From positions 1,784 through 25,783 of the forward strand of contig CAXBJB010000006.1 in the NCBI GenBank assembly GCA_963976055.1: 24,000 nucleotides of DNA, in the 5' to 3' direction. Positions 1-8,690 of the stretch are shown piece after piece; position 1 is the stretch's first letter, and the number at the start of each line of letters is the position of its first letter. The position numbers and the translations under genes are program-made. This stretch comes from an uncultured Alphaproteobacteria bacterium (GTDB lineage: Bacteria; Pseudomonadota; Alphaproteobacteria; Rhodospirillales; Casp-alpha2). Under the pieces are notes generated by a model, which was not told where the DNA came from, ran no database searches, and saw nothing but the letters and a program-made list of their open reading frames with translations.

Positions 1-1
1 T

Positions 2-1447
2 GATGAAGTTGTGGATCTGCGCCGTGCGGGCGGCACCCTCGACCTCGGCCGGGCTGGCGCCGGGGCGACCGTAGGCGATGTTGTAGAACACCGTGTCGTT
101 GAACAGCACCGTGTCCTGGGGGACCATGCCGATGGCGGCGCGCAAGGACACCTGAGTCAGGTCGCGGACGTCCTGGCCGTCGATGGTGATGCGCCCGCCG
201 GACACGTCATAGAACCGGAACAACAGGCGCGAAATGGTCGACTTTCCCGAGCCCGAGGGTCCGACGATGGCGACGGTCTTACCCGCCGGCACGGTGAAGG
301 AAATGTCGTGCAGGACCTGGCGTCGGGCGTCGTAGGCGAAGGACACGTCTTCGAACCGCAATTCGCCGCCCTTGATCGCCAGCGGCACCGCGCCGGGGCT
401 GTCGGCAACCTCGGGATGTTCGTCCAGCAGGCGGAACATCTGCTCCATGTCGATCAGCGACTGCTTGATCTCGCGGTAAACGAAGCCCAGGAAGTTGAGC
501 GGCATGTACAACTGGATCAGGTAGGCGTTGACCATGGCGAAGTCGCCGATGGTCATGGTGCCGGCGACCACGCCGTCCGCCGCCATCCACATGATCACCG
601 TCAGGCCGACGGCGATGATCGCGCCCTGGCCGATGTTGAGCAGCGCCAGGGAGGTGTTGGACTTCACCGCCGCGTCCTCGTAGCGCGCCAGCGCCTTGTC
701 GAAGCGCCTGCCTTCGTGATCCTCGTTGCCGAAGTACTTCACCGTCTCGAAGTTCAGCAGGCTGTCGATGGCCTTGGTGTTGGCCTCGTTATCGGTGTCG
801 TTCATGGTGCGGCGGAACTGGATGCGCCATTCCGTGACGGCCAGCGTCCAGAAGATGTAGATGCCGATGGTCAGAAAGGCGACCAGCGCCATCCAGATGC
901 CGAACAGATACCACAGGATGCCGCAGGTCAGGACGACCTCGACCAGGGTCGGCACGACGTTGAACAGCATGAAGCGCAGCAGGAATTCGATGCCCTTGGT
1001 GCCGCGTTCCACGGCGCGGCTGACGCCGCCGGTCTTGCGGTCCAGGTGAAAGCGCAGGCTGAGCCGGTGCAGGTGGCGGAAGGTCTTGAGCCCGGCCTGG
1101 CGGATGGCGCGTTGGGCGACCTTGGCGAACACGGCGTCGCGCAGTTCGCCCAGCGCCTGGGACAGCACGCGGGCGATGCCGTAGGCGATCAGGATCGTGA
1201 CCGGCACGACGATCACCGCGCCGTCCTTCATGTCCAGGGCGTCGATCGCCTGTTTGTAGACATAAGGAACGGCGACGCTCGCCCCTTTCGCCGCGGCAAG
1301 GAAAATCATGGCGAGCACGACGCGCAGGCGCAGCGCCTGTTCCCCGGCGGGCCACAGGTAGGGCGCCAGGGTCTTGATGGTCTGCCAGTCGTTCCGGCGG
1401 GGACTGTTGGCGGGGTCAGCGTGATCGCGCCGCATGGGCCGTGTCAT
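2..1447 (-). CDS. ABCB-type (Atm1/HMT1-like) fused permease-ATPase ABC exporter. The C-terminal part is cut off by the left window edge.
   Basis: Manual minus-strand translation; this frame is absent from the ORF track because it runs off the window. It starts MTRPMRRDHADPANSPRRNDWQTIKTLAPYLWP, continues through an exporter-type TM domain, and ends ...FTVPAGKTVAIVGPSGSGKSTISRLLFRFYDVSGGRITIDGQDVRDLTQVSLRAAIGMVPQDTVLFNDTVFYNIAYG.. (Walker A and Q-loop). An alternative ATG is at 1435. The + ORF 11..1516 is its antisense shadow. Confidence 0.9.
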   Translation of the reverse strand, partial: MTRPMRRDHADPANSPRRNDWQTIKTLAPYLWPAGEQALRLRVVLAMIFLAAAKGASVAVPYVYKQAIDALDMKDGAVIVVPVTILIAYGIARVLSQALGELRDAVFAKVAQRAIRQAGLKTFRHLHRLSLRFHLDRKTGGVSRAVERGTKGIEFLLRFMLFNVVPTLVEVVLTCGILWYLFGIWMALVAFLTIGIYIFWTLAVTEWRIQFRRTMNDTDNEANTKAIDSLLNFETVKYFGNEDHEGRRFDKALARYEDAAVKSNTSLALLNIGQGAIIAVGLTVIMWMAADGVVAGTMTIGDFAMVNAYLIQLYMPLNFLGFVYREIKQSLIDMEQMFRLLDEHPEVADSPGAVPLAIKGGELRFEDVSFAYDARRQVLHDISFTVPAGKTVAIVGPSGSGKSTISRLLFRFYDVSGGRITIDGQDVRDLTQVSLRAAIGMVPQDTVLFNDTVFYNIAYGRPGASPAEVEGAARTAQIHNFI

Positions 1448-1668
1448 CCTGAAAAAGAAATCGGTTCATATAGTTGGGATTGCGAGGGCGGATCGCAAGC
1501 GGCGATGTCGACTTAAGTCATATAAGGGACATCGAACAATCCGTGTATAAGCCGGGTCAAATGCACCAACCATCAAATAACGCGCCCGAAATCGTGCTCC
1601 AGTGTTCAGGTTTTTGTCAGTTTAAGCTGTAGGATTGCCCTTGGGGTCAAAAGTTTGGATAGTGATCT

Positions 1669-2223
1669 ATGAGCCTTGAAACAAATTGGGGAGCCACCCC
1701 GGCATCCGCCGGTCACAAAGCATCGATGAGCGACGGATACGATTTCAGCGCATTGCGGATTTTGGTGGTGGACGACAGTTTCCACATGCGCGAGCTTGTA
1801 CGTACGTTCCTTGAGGGATTCGGGATCAAGGAAGTCACGGTGTCGTCCGACGCCGAGGAAGCCTATGACCTTGTGGTCAATCTGGATCCGGACCTGATCA
1901 TCACCGATTGGAACATGGCGCCCGTGTCGGGGCTGGAGTTCGTTGAACGTATCCGCAAGGGCGCCAACGTGCCCAACCGATTCGTGCCGATCATCATGCT
2001 GACCGGCTACACGGAAATGAAGCGGGTCGAGGAAGCGCGCGATGCCGGCATCAATTCCTTCCTGGCCAAGCCGATCTCGGCGGCGTCGCTGTACAAGCGT
2101 CTGGTTACCTCGGTGCAGGACAAGCGCCAGTACGTGGAATCCACGGGCGGCTATTTCGGCCCCGACCGCCGGTCATCCAAGCGGCGGGAATTCCGCGGCA
2201 AGGAACGGCGCGCCAGCGAATAA
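1669..2223 (+). CDS. Single-domain CheY-like response regulator (receiver domain only)
   Basis: All receiver landmarks are present: LRILVVDD (acidic pair), LIITDWNMAPVSG (phospho-acceptor Asp), IIMLTGY (Thr) and FLAKP (Lys). The basic C-terminal tail is short and there is no output domain. An alternative start M20 is at 1726. Confidence 0.9.
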   Translation: MSLETNWGATPASAGHKASMSDGYDFSALRILVVDDSFHMRELVRTFLEGFGIKEVTVSSDAEEAYDLVVNLDPDLIITDWNMAPVSGLEFVERIRKGANVPNRFVPIIMLTGYTEMKRVEEARDAGINSFLAKPISAASLYKRLVTSVQDKRQYVESTGGYFGPDRRSSKRREFRGKERRASE

Positions 2224-2232
2224 GATGTAGTC

Positions 2233-2718
2233 ATGGCAGAAACCCGCTTCCTGAAACCGCAGAAACACATCAGCCAGAAGGTTCGCCCCGGTGGGCCGTC
2301 CATGGAACAGGCCATCCTGCAGGCGGTGAATGCCGCCGACGACCTGATCGGGCAATATCAGGGCTGGGCGGTGGATGACCTGGAAAAACTCTGGCAGTCC
2401 TTCGTCGAGACCTCGCGGTCCGGGCGGGCCGACCCGTTGCGCCTCAAGCAGCTTTACGACATGACCCACGAGGCCCGCGGCCAGGGCGGCAGCTTCGGCT
2501 TTCCCCTGATTTCCGTGGTCGGTGATTCGATGTGCAAGTATCTGGAAGGGCGGCCACGCCTGAAGGCCCGTGACCTCGACGTCATTCGCGTGCACATCAT
2601 GGCCATGAAGGCCGTGTTCCGGCAGGGCCTGAAGGGCCATCAGGGCGCGCTGAGCAAGGAACTGCACGAGCTTCTCGGCATGTTCCGCGCCAAGGTCGCG
2701 CAACAGCAGGCCGGCTGA
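2233..2718 (+). CDS. Probable histidine phosphotransfer (Hpt) domain protein
   Basis: It begins 10 nt downstream of the response regulator on the same strand. The motif DMTHEARGQGGSFGFPLISVVGDSMCKYLE fits the Hpt signature H-x-x-K/R-G-x(3-5)-G...L...E. The protein looks helical in composition. The antisense ORF 2173..2703 is rejected. Confidence 0.6.
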   Translation: MAETRFLKPQKHISQKVRPGGPSMEQAILQAVNAADDLIGQYQGWAVDDLEKLWQSFVETSRSGRADPLRLKQLYDMTHEARGQGGSFGFPLISVVGDSMCKYLEGRPRLKARDLDVIRVHIMAMKAVFRQGLKGHQGALSKELHELLGMFRAKVAQQQAG

Positions 2719-2752
2719 CGCCGGCCCGCTGCCGCATCCTCAAGAGTATTTC

Positions 2753-3034
2753 TTAGAATTCAGCCCGTTCAAGGAACCCGGTCTGCGCCACATGGGCGTC
2801 GAAGATCAGGTAATCGCGCACCTTGTAGCGGCGCGCCAGTTCCCGTTCGGCGGCCTTGAAGGGGTTTTCGCCCCGCCGCGCGGCGAAGGTCCGTGTCATG
2901 CGGCGGCCGAGCGCGCGGTTCTTCAGCACGGGATAGTAGGTGACCTCGACCGTTTCCCGGTCGGGCTGGGTGGTGTCGGTGTCGAAGCCGGTATCCGGCT
3001 GCGGGAGGGCTTGGGCTTGGCGGTGGGCGTTCAT
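2753..3034 (-). CDS. Hypothetical small protein (93 aa)
   Basis: The composition is balanced (Y, F, K, E, D), unlike the overlapping R/P-rich 118-aa frame. The ATG at 3034 has a GGAG about 8 nt upstream (attGGAGtttgccATG). I recognise no family. Confidence 0.5.
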   Translation of the reverse strand: MNAHRQAQALPQPDTGFDTDTTQPDRETVEVTYYPVLKNRALGRRMTRTFAARRGENPFKAAERELARRYKVRDYLIFDAHVAQTGFLERAEF

Positions 3035-3323
3035 GGCAAACTCCAATCTGACCCTTAAGATGTTCTCTTTTTGTTCTTACGTCAAGGGCCTGTGGATAAC
3101 TACGCTTGCGGGGCTTCACATTCAATAGACCTTAAGTATGTATGCCCTTAGTACGGGGTATATATGGCTTAATTGTGACCATTTATGGCTATATATTGTG
3201 TTTATGCGCTGAAATGGCATATGGGCTGCCGAATTCGCATACCTCACAGCCGGCGCGCCGCGGCGGGCGGGCGTCGGCGCGGCCCGTTGCGGCCGTCGAA
3301 ACGGATGGATTCGTGGGGTTCCG

Positions 3324-3911
3324 TTAGCGCGGTGCGGTTCTGCGGGCCGCATGGGCCAGGCGGTCGACCGCTTCCGGATGGGGATCGTAAGCGCCGGTCC
3401 GGATGTAGTGCTCGATGGTCGGGCAGAGCCGCTTGACGAAGGCGTCCCGTGGCATGGCGTCATGGGCTTGGCGGGCGCTGTCCCGGCCGGGCGTCAGACG
3501 GTCGAGGATCCGTGCCGCGTCGGCGATGATGGCGGCATGGCGGGCCTGCCAACGCACGATGTCGCGACGCATGTCGGTGGCGCAATCGCGCTGGGCGCGG
3601 GTCAGCAGGCTGTCGTAGCTGTCGATCATCGCCGCATAGACGAAGGCCTTTTGCGTGTCGGTCAGGCGCATGGCGTCGGGCACGCGGCCGTCCGTCGTCA
3701 GGGTCAGCTTGGTCGGAATGCCGCGCCGGGTGAACGTGGCCGGGTTCCAGTCGTAGGCCCCGTCCAGGGCGGTATCCGGCTCACCCATGGCGGGCTCAAC
3801 CGCAACTTGGGGGCCGACGACGGCCGGATGGTCTGCGACGATGCCCAGGAGCACCCGCAGGACGCCGAGAAACAGGATGCCTAATATTAAAAATCGCTCA
3901 ATAGGTGTCAT
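3324..3911 (-). CDS. Hypothetical membrane-anchored protein (195 aa)
   Basis: It has an N-terminal hydrophobic helix (FLILGILFLGVLRVLLGIV), high GC3 in this frame, and an AT-rich initiation region. The + ORF 3351..3884 has typical G/V/A/R shadow composition. I recognise no family. Confidence 0.65.
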   Translation of the reverse strand: MTPIERFLILGILFLGVLRVLLGIVADHPAVVGPQVAVEPAMGEPDTALDGAYDWNPATFTRRGIPTKLTLTTDGRVPDAMRLTDTQKAFVYAAMIDSYDSLLTRAQRDCATDMRRDIVRWQARHAAIIADAARILDRLTPGRDSARQAHDAMPRDAFVKRLCPTIEHYIRTGAYDPHPEAVDRLAHAARRTAPR

Positions 3912-3971
3912 TGAACGACTTTAGGGAACTCGGTCGGAAATGGCGATGGTAGGGGGACGCGAAATTGCAGA

Positions 3972-5276
3972 TCATCGACGTATAGACCGGACGAGCATCA
4001 TGCCGATGCTGATGAGCGCGGCCAGGATGGTTGCCAGGCGCAGCCAATGGAATGTGTAGCCGCGTTGTAGCCCGATATACAGCGTCGGTTCAAACAGATA
4101 GCGCCGTAGGCGATACGTCAGTTTTGTCGCAAACGGCGGGTTTATTTGATGAGCGAACCGATCATGCGCACCCCAATATTGCAGGATTGCATTGCGTGTG
4201 AATACACCCGCCAAGCTATGGCGTATGTCGGCGGAAAGGGGGGCGCGGGGTTCTCCGGATGCGGCGAGACGGGTCGACCATTTCGCCGCCGTATCGGATA
4301 GGGCGCCGCTGGAAATCAGGAACAGCATGTCGGCGGCGTTCAGCACGCGGTCGTTAGGACCGGTCAGATAGTCGATATTATGGCTTAGATCCGAATAGGC
4401 CCAACGGCCTTGTTCGGCCACGAAGCTTTCCGTGAATGCATGACTGCTCATAAGGACACCGTCGATGGTTCGTCCGGACCAAACCAATCGTGTCGGCACC
4501 CCGGCAACGTTCAACAGAAAGGCTTTCATCAAGGCGCGTTGGCGGCAGAACAGGGGAACCCCTTTTTCCTTGGCCACGTTCAGAACCTGCATCGGCGACA
4601 TGGTGTCCAGATCGGCGGGAGGTTGACCTGATTTTATGCGCGCAATGAGGCCGACCGAGACGGCGGTGATTTTCTCGCGCGACGTCATGTCTGGCGTGAC
4701 ACCAATGCGGTTGAGAAACTGCCGAGCCTGTGCCGTATCGGCGGCGGGATAATCCTCAAGCGGCGGTATCCAGCGTGTGAAATCGGGGCCGGCCTGCGGA
4801 GCGACCTCCAAGGGCGCGCGATACAGATTGATCAAATCCGGGTGCGGCGCGTCTGTTGGTGCATCGGCCTGCGGTGTAAAGGCGATATCGAATTCCAGGG
4901 GGCGCGGAATGATCAAATCGCGGCAATCCAGGGGATCGACCTGATATATGTGACGGCCCGGCGCGAGGGTGATGATAGGGGTCGGGCTGTCGATGGTTTG
5001 CGTTGCGCCGTCGTCGCGGGCAACCCGCCAGCGCTCGCACGCGCCGACGTTGGTCAGGCGTACGGTCAGGCGGTTGCCGTTTTTGTCGAAACCGGAAATG
5101 CGGGCCCCTGCAGAGGGGGGCGGGGCGTAAATATCGCCGAGGGTCGCAGGTTGATATTCAAGCCATAAGAGGTCGCTGCGAAAGACGAAGACGGCAATTG
5201 CGGCGGCACCGCTTAGGCATGCGGCAAGAAACCAGAACGGTGCGGCGGCGTAGGCCATTTTAAGTGGCGTTGGCAA
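3972..5276 (-). CDS. Transglutaminase-like (Cys-His-Asp papain-fold) membrane protein
   Basis: PLFCRQRALMKAFLLNVAGVPTRLVWSG (Cys plus the G-x-P-x-R-x-V motif) is followed by SSHAFTESFVAEQGRWAYSDLSHN (His, then Asp). This matches the transglutaminase-core pattern. Hydrophobic helices sit at the N-terminus (FWFLAACLSGAAAIAVFVF) and the C-terminus (LATILAALISIGMMLV). The TTG at 5276 has a GGAG about 9 nt upstream; an alternative ATG is at 5258. Confidence 0.7.
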   Translation of the reverse strand: MPTPLKMAYAAAPFWFLAACLSGAAAIAVFVFRSDLLWLEYQPATLGDIYAPPPSAGARISGFDKNGNRLTVRLTNVGACERWRVARDDGATQTIDSPTPIITLAPGRHIYQVDPLDCRDLIIPRPLEFDIAFTPQADAPTDAPHPDLINLYRAPLEVAPQAGPDFTRWIPPLEDYPAADTAQARQFLNRIGVTPDMTSREKITAVSVGLIARIKSGQPPADLDTMSPMQVLNVAKEKGVPLFCRQRALMKAFLLNVAGVPTRLVWSGRTIDGVLMSSHAFTESFVAEQGRWAYSDLSHNIDYLTGPNDRVLNAADMLFLISSGALSDTAAKWSTRLAASGEPRAPLSADIRHSLAGVFTRNAILQYWGAHDRFAHQINPPFATKLTYRLRRYLFEPTLYIGLQRGYTFHWLRLATILAALISIGMMLVRSIRR

Positions 5277-5313
5277 GGCTGTTCGCTCCGGTTGGATGGC
5301 CGGCTGCGCTCGG

Positions 5314-6906
5314 TTATTCCCACTCGATGGTGCCGGGCGGCTTGGACGTCACGTCGTAGACGACGCGGTTGATGCCTTTGACCTCGTTGATGATGCGGTT
5401 GGCCGTGCGGCCGAGGAATTCGTGGTCGAAGGGGTAGTAGTCCGCGGTCATGCCGTCGGTCGAGGTCACGGCGCGCAGCGCGCAGACGAAATCGTAGGTC
5501 CGGGCGTCGCCCATCACGCCCACGGTCTGCACCGGCAGCAGCACGGCGAAGGCCTGCCAGATGGTATCGTACAGCCCGGCATTGCGGATTTCTTCCAGGT
5601 AGATCACGTCGGCCTTGCGCAGGATGTCGAGCTTGTCGCGCGAGATCGCACCCGGAATGCGGATCGCCAGGCCGGGGCCCGGGAAGGGGTGGCGGCCGAC
5701 GAAGGTTTCGGGCAGGCCGAGTTCGCGGCCGAGTGCGCGGACTTCGTCCTTGAACAGTTCGCGCAAGGGTTCGACCAAGGCCATGTCCATGCGTTCGGGC
5801 AGGCCGCCCACGTTGTGGTGCGACTTGATGGTGACCGAGGGTCCGCCGGTGAACGACACGCTTTCGATGACGTCCGGGTACAGTGTGCCCTGGGCCAGGA
5901 ACTTGGCACCGCCGACGTTTTTGGCCTCTTCCTCGAACACGTCGATGAACAGCTTGCCGATGGTTTTGCGCTTGACCTCGGGGTCGGTCACGCCGTCCAG
6001 TTCGCCCAGGAACAGGTCCGAGGCGTCGCGGTGGACGAGGGGGATGTTGTAGGTATCGCGGAATAGGGAGACGACCTGATCGGCCTCGCCTTCCCGCATC
6101 AGGCCGTGATCGACGAACACGCAGGTCAGCTGGTCGCCGATCGCCTCGTGCAGCAGCACGGCGACGACCGATGAATCGACGCCGCCGGACAGGCCGCAGA
6201 TCACCCGGCCCGTGCCGACCTGGTCGCGCACCTTCTGGATCGCTTCGTCCTTGAACGCAGCCATGGTCCAGTCGCCGGCGCAGCCCGCGATCTTATGCAC
6301 GAAGTTGGCCAGCAATTTGGCCCCGTCGGGGGTGTGCACGACCTCGGGGTGGAACTGCACGCCGAACATGCGCCCGCTTTCGTGGGCGATGGCGGCGAAG
6401 GGCGAACCGTCGGACACGGCCACGGGGCGGAAGCCCGCGGGCACGCGGATGATCTTGTCGCCGTGGCTCATCCACACCTGGTGCTTTTCGCCCTTGGCCC
6501 ACACACCCGCGAACAGGGGGCAGTCCTCGGTCACCTGGATGAAGGCGCGGCCGAATTCCCGGTGGTTGGAGGGCTCGACCTCGCCGCCGGTCTGGGCGAC
6601 CATGGTCTGCTCGCCGTAACAGATGCCGAGCACGGGCAGGTCGCCCACGGCCGAGGCCGCGTCGAACAGGGCCTGAGGGGCGCGGGGGGTCGTCTGTTCA
6701 TGGACGGAAGCCGGGCCGCCCGACAGAATCACGCCCTTGGGGCCGAAGGCCCGGATGAAGGCTTCGTCGACGGCATTGAAGGGGTGGATTTCGCAGTAAA
6801 CGCCCGATTCCCGGACCCGGCGCGCGATCAATTGCGTCACCTGAGAGCCGAAATCGACGATCAGGATTTTTTCCGCGTGAAGATCGGGGTGCGACGCCTG
6901 AGACAT
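5314..6906 (-). CDS. guaA: GMP synthase (glutamine-hydrolysing)
   Basis: This is a full-length 530-aa match to the GuaA architecture. It has the GATase domain ([27 protein letters not shown]), the ATP-PPase motif [10 protein letters not shown], and the canonical C-terminus KPPGTIEWE. Confidence 0.98.
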   Translation of the reverse strand: MSQASHPDLHAEKILIVDFGSQVTQLIARRVRESGVYCEIHPFNAVDEAFIRAFGPKGVILSGGPASVHEQTTPRAPQALFDAASAVGDLPVLGICYGEQTMVAQTGGEVEPSNHREFGRAFIQVTEDCPLFAGVWAKGEKHQVWMSHGDKIIRVPAGFRPVAVSDGSPFAAIAHESGRMFGVQFHPEVVHTPDGAKLLANFVHKIAGCAGDWTMAAFKDEAIQKVRDQVGTGRVICGLSGGVDSSVVAVLLHEAIGDQLTCVFVDHGLMREGEADQVVSLFRDTYNIPLVHRDASDLFLGELDGVTDPEVKRKTIGKLFIDVFEEEAKNVGGAKFLAQGTLYPDVIESVSFTGGPSVTIKSHHNVGGLPERMDMALVEPLRELFKDEVRALGRELGLPETFVGRHPFPGPGLAIRIPGAISRDKLDILRKADVIYLEEIRNAGLYDTIWQAFAVLLPVQTVGVMGDARTYDFVCALRAVTSTDGMTADYYPFDHEFLGRTANRIINEVKGINRVVYDVTSKPPGTIEWE

Positions 6907-7005
6907 GGGGTGCTTCTATCGCGAACCACCCCCCGAGTCACGCTCCGAGATGTCCCGACACAAAGGAAAAATCCGTTGGGGAACCGGGGGCGGGCGGCGC
7001 CCCGC

Positions 7006-7482
7006 CTACATGCGCGCCAGGCGGGCGCAAGTGGTTGGCCGTTCGCCCACGCCCTGATCCCCGGCGGCCATGAACACGCGGTCGACCACATGGCGGCCGA
7101 GGGCGCTGTTGACGCGGTCGGCCAGTTGCTTGTCCAGGCCCGAGGCGGCGATGTTCGGCCAGGAGAACGGCCCCCGCACATTGGCCCGCATGAAGGATTT
7201 CACTTCCATCTGGACGCGCGCGAGGTCGCGGCAGAATTCCGCGCCCGCCTGCTTGTCGGTTACCCGGAAGGCGATGGAAATGGGCACCAGGGCCGACGAT
7301 CCGCCCTGGTAATCGACCCGCGCCAAATAGGGCGAAACCTGCATGTCATAGATCTGATCGACGCGCGCCGCGGATTGCGATCCCACGCCGTCGATCGAGC
7401 CGCCTGGACCGAGAATCCACACGGCGGCGACGGCCGCCGACACCGTGGTGCCAAGAGCGGCCCCTGCAACATAGAGGTTCAC
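7006..7482 (-). CDS. Hypothetical membrane-anchored protein, possibly FliL-like
   Basis: The GTG start is preceded by AAGGGGAG. An N-terminal TM helix (GTTVSAAVAAVWIL) is followed by the pattern YDMQVSPYLARVDYQGGSSALVPISIAFRV...LDKQLADRVNSALGRHVVDRVFM, which resembles the FliL layout. The functional call is weak. Confidence 0.5.
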   Translation of the reverse strand: MNLYVAGAALGTTVSAAVAAVWILGPGGSIDGVGSQSAARVDQIYDMQVSPYLARVDYQGGSSALVPISIAFRVTDKQAGAEFCRDLARVQMEVKSFMRANVRGPFSWPNIAASGLDKQLADRVNSALGRHVVDRVFMAAGDQGVGERPTTCARLARM

Positions 7483-7719
7483 CGTTGCTCCCCTTTATCT
7501 AACACCCTCCCCAGGCATCCAACGGAAGGGCATGGTTAATATTATCACTCAATGATGAACGTTGCCGCCCCTTTTTCAGAGACGCGCCGCTCAATAATGT
7601 AATTTGTTGAATTCACACCCATATATCTTGTGCCGGGCGGCGCGACAGGAGTGTCCGCCGTTAACGGAATCGACACGGGATCCGGGGAAAATGACTGCAA
7701 TCGGGTCAGGGACGGGCAT

Positions 7720-8673
7720 ATGGCCATCACGACATTGAGATTCGCATCCTGTTCGCCGACGGTCGCCGTGCTGGCCGCCGTCCTGTTGGCCGGTCCCGCC
7801 GCCGCGCAAACGCCGCAGACGACTGTTCCCGATGTCGCCCCGGCAGCCGAAGCGAAGACGACCGACGCCAAGGCGCGGATCACGAAACGGGACTGCCGCC
7901 GGCTGCTTCGCCATCAGCCCAGCGGCGACGTCGCCTACAAACCCGGCGTCGACGTGCGCGGCAAGGCCGTGGCCCCGGCGGACCTGTCGGGCGGGTTCAA
8001 GATGGTTCTGTCGGACGTCTTCGAATTCAACGTGACCAAGAACCTGTCGGCCTATCTGGGCGGGGCCGAGGAACAGCTGGCCGCCGACAAGGCCGCCGCC
8101 CTGGCCGCCGAGAAATCCGCCGCCGCGACCGACGCCGCCGTGTCCTCCGCCGCCCTGTCCGTGGCCGGGGCCCAGGATGCCCACGACACCGCCGCCGCCA
8201 ATGCCACGGCGGCCCAGGCCGCCGCCGATGCCGCCCCGAACGATGCCGCCCTGGCCGCCGCCGCCGCCACGGCGACCGCCGCCGCCACATCGGCGCAGAC
8301 AAATCTTGCGGCGACCCAGACCTATTACACCGCGACCCAGAACGCCGCCGCCGCCAATGACGTTTCCGCGGCGCTTTCCGGCGCCAACGCGGCGCAATCG
8401 GCGGCCGAGGCCGCAGGCTATACCCCCGACGCCACGGCCCAGTCGGCCCGCACGAAGGCCGCGACGGCGGCCTCGGCCGCTGCCGCCGCAGACACGGCGG
8501 CGCTCGCGGCGCGCGAGACCGTGGCGAAAAGCGAAGGCATGGAATTGAACGTCGGCACCGTGCGCTTCAACATCAACACCGGCGCCATGACTTTCAACGG
8601 CCAGCCGTTGAACGACGCCGCCATGGGCGAGATGGCGGTCATTTGTAAGGAAATCCTCGCGGGCGGGAAGTAG
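7720..8673 (+). CDS. Secreted alanine-rich low-complexity protein
   Basis: The ATG at 7720 gives a signal peptide, MAITTLRFASCSPTVAVLAAVLLAGPAAA/QTP. Non-repetitive N- and C-terminal segments flank an A/T/Q/N-rich core of about 200 aa encoded mostly by GCC codons. The upstream part of the track ORF (7630-7719) has no support. The Gly-rich antisense ORF 7591..8397 is rejected. Confidence 0.65.
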   Translation: MAITTLRFASCSPTVAVLAAVLLAGPAAAQTPQTTVPDVAPAAEAKTTDAKARITKRDCRRLLRHQPSGDVAYKPGVDVRGKAVAPADLSGGFKMVLSDVFEFNVTKNLSAYLGGAEEQLAADKAAALAAEKSAAATDAAVSSAALSVAGAQDAHDTAAANATAAQAAADAAPNDAALAAAAATATAAATSAQTNLAATQTYYTATQNAAAANDVSAALSGANAAQSAAEAAGYTPDATAQSARTKAATAASAAAAADTAALAARETVAKSEGMELNVGTVRFNINTGAMTFNGQPLNDAAMGEMAVICKEILAGGK

Positions 8674-8690
8674 CCGGCGCCGGTCTTAAT

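Noticed and set aside
11-1516. 501-aa + strand ORF covering the first 1.5 kb
   Set aside because: Its composition (G/A/V/D/R/H-rich, no motifs) is typical of an antisense shadow in high-GC DNA. The opposite strand encodes an unmistakable ABC exporter with Walker A and TM domain.
3091-3099. Consensus DnaA box (TGTGGATAA) in an AT-rich spacer, as a possible replication origin
   Set aside because: I could find only one box. There is no cluster of boxes, no adjacent dnaA, dnaN, hemE or parAB-type origin markers, and the AT-rich tract is short. I keep it only as a possible regulatory site.
3142-3327. 61-aa + strand ORF with a hydrophobic N-terminus (possible small toxin)
   Set aside because: It has no SD. 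The hydrophobicity derives from AT-rich intergenic DNA, and the C-terminal half is R/A/G-rich read-through of GC-rich non-coding sequence that overlaps the end of the 195-aa gene.
6907-7005. Possible terminator after the FliL-like gene (GGCGGG-GCGCCG-CCCGCC hairpin)
   Set aside because: The stem is only 6 bp and the nearest T-run on the minus strand is about 20 nt away. That is too weak to call from sequence alone.
5296-7539. Long + strand ORFs 5296..6066 and 6295..7539 opposite guaA and the FliL-like gene
   Set aside because: Both are shadow ORFs antisense to guaA, which is certain. They have low-complexity G/A/V/R/D composition and no recognisable motifs.
7591-8397. Gly/Arg-rich 268-aa minus-strand ORF (GGGGRRGGGGGQGG...)
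   Set aside because: It is the complement of the GCC-codon-rich alanine tract. The + strand frame has a signal peptide and non-repetitive termini, so the Gly-rich frame is the mirror image.
8050-8500. Possible tandem repeat or CRISPR-like periodicity in the GCC-rich tract
   Set aside because: There is no unit of constant length with unique spacers. The repetition is codon-level low complexity (GCC GCC ...) inside a coding region.
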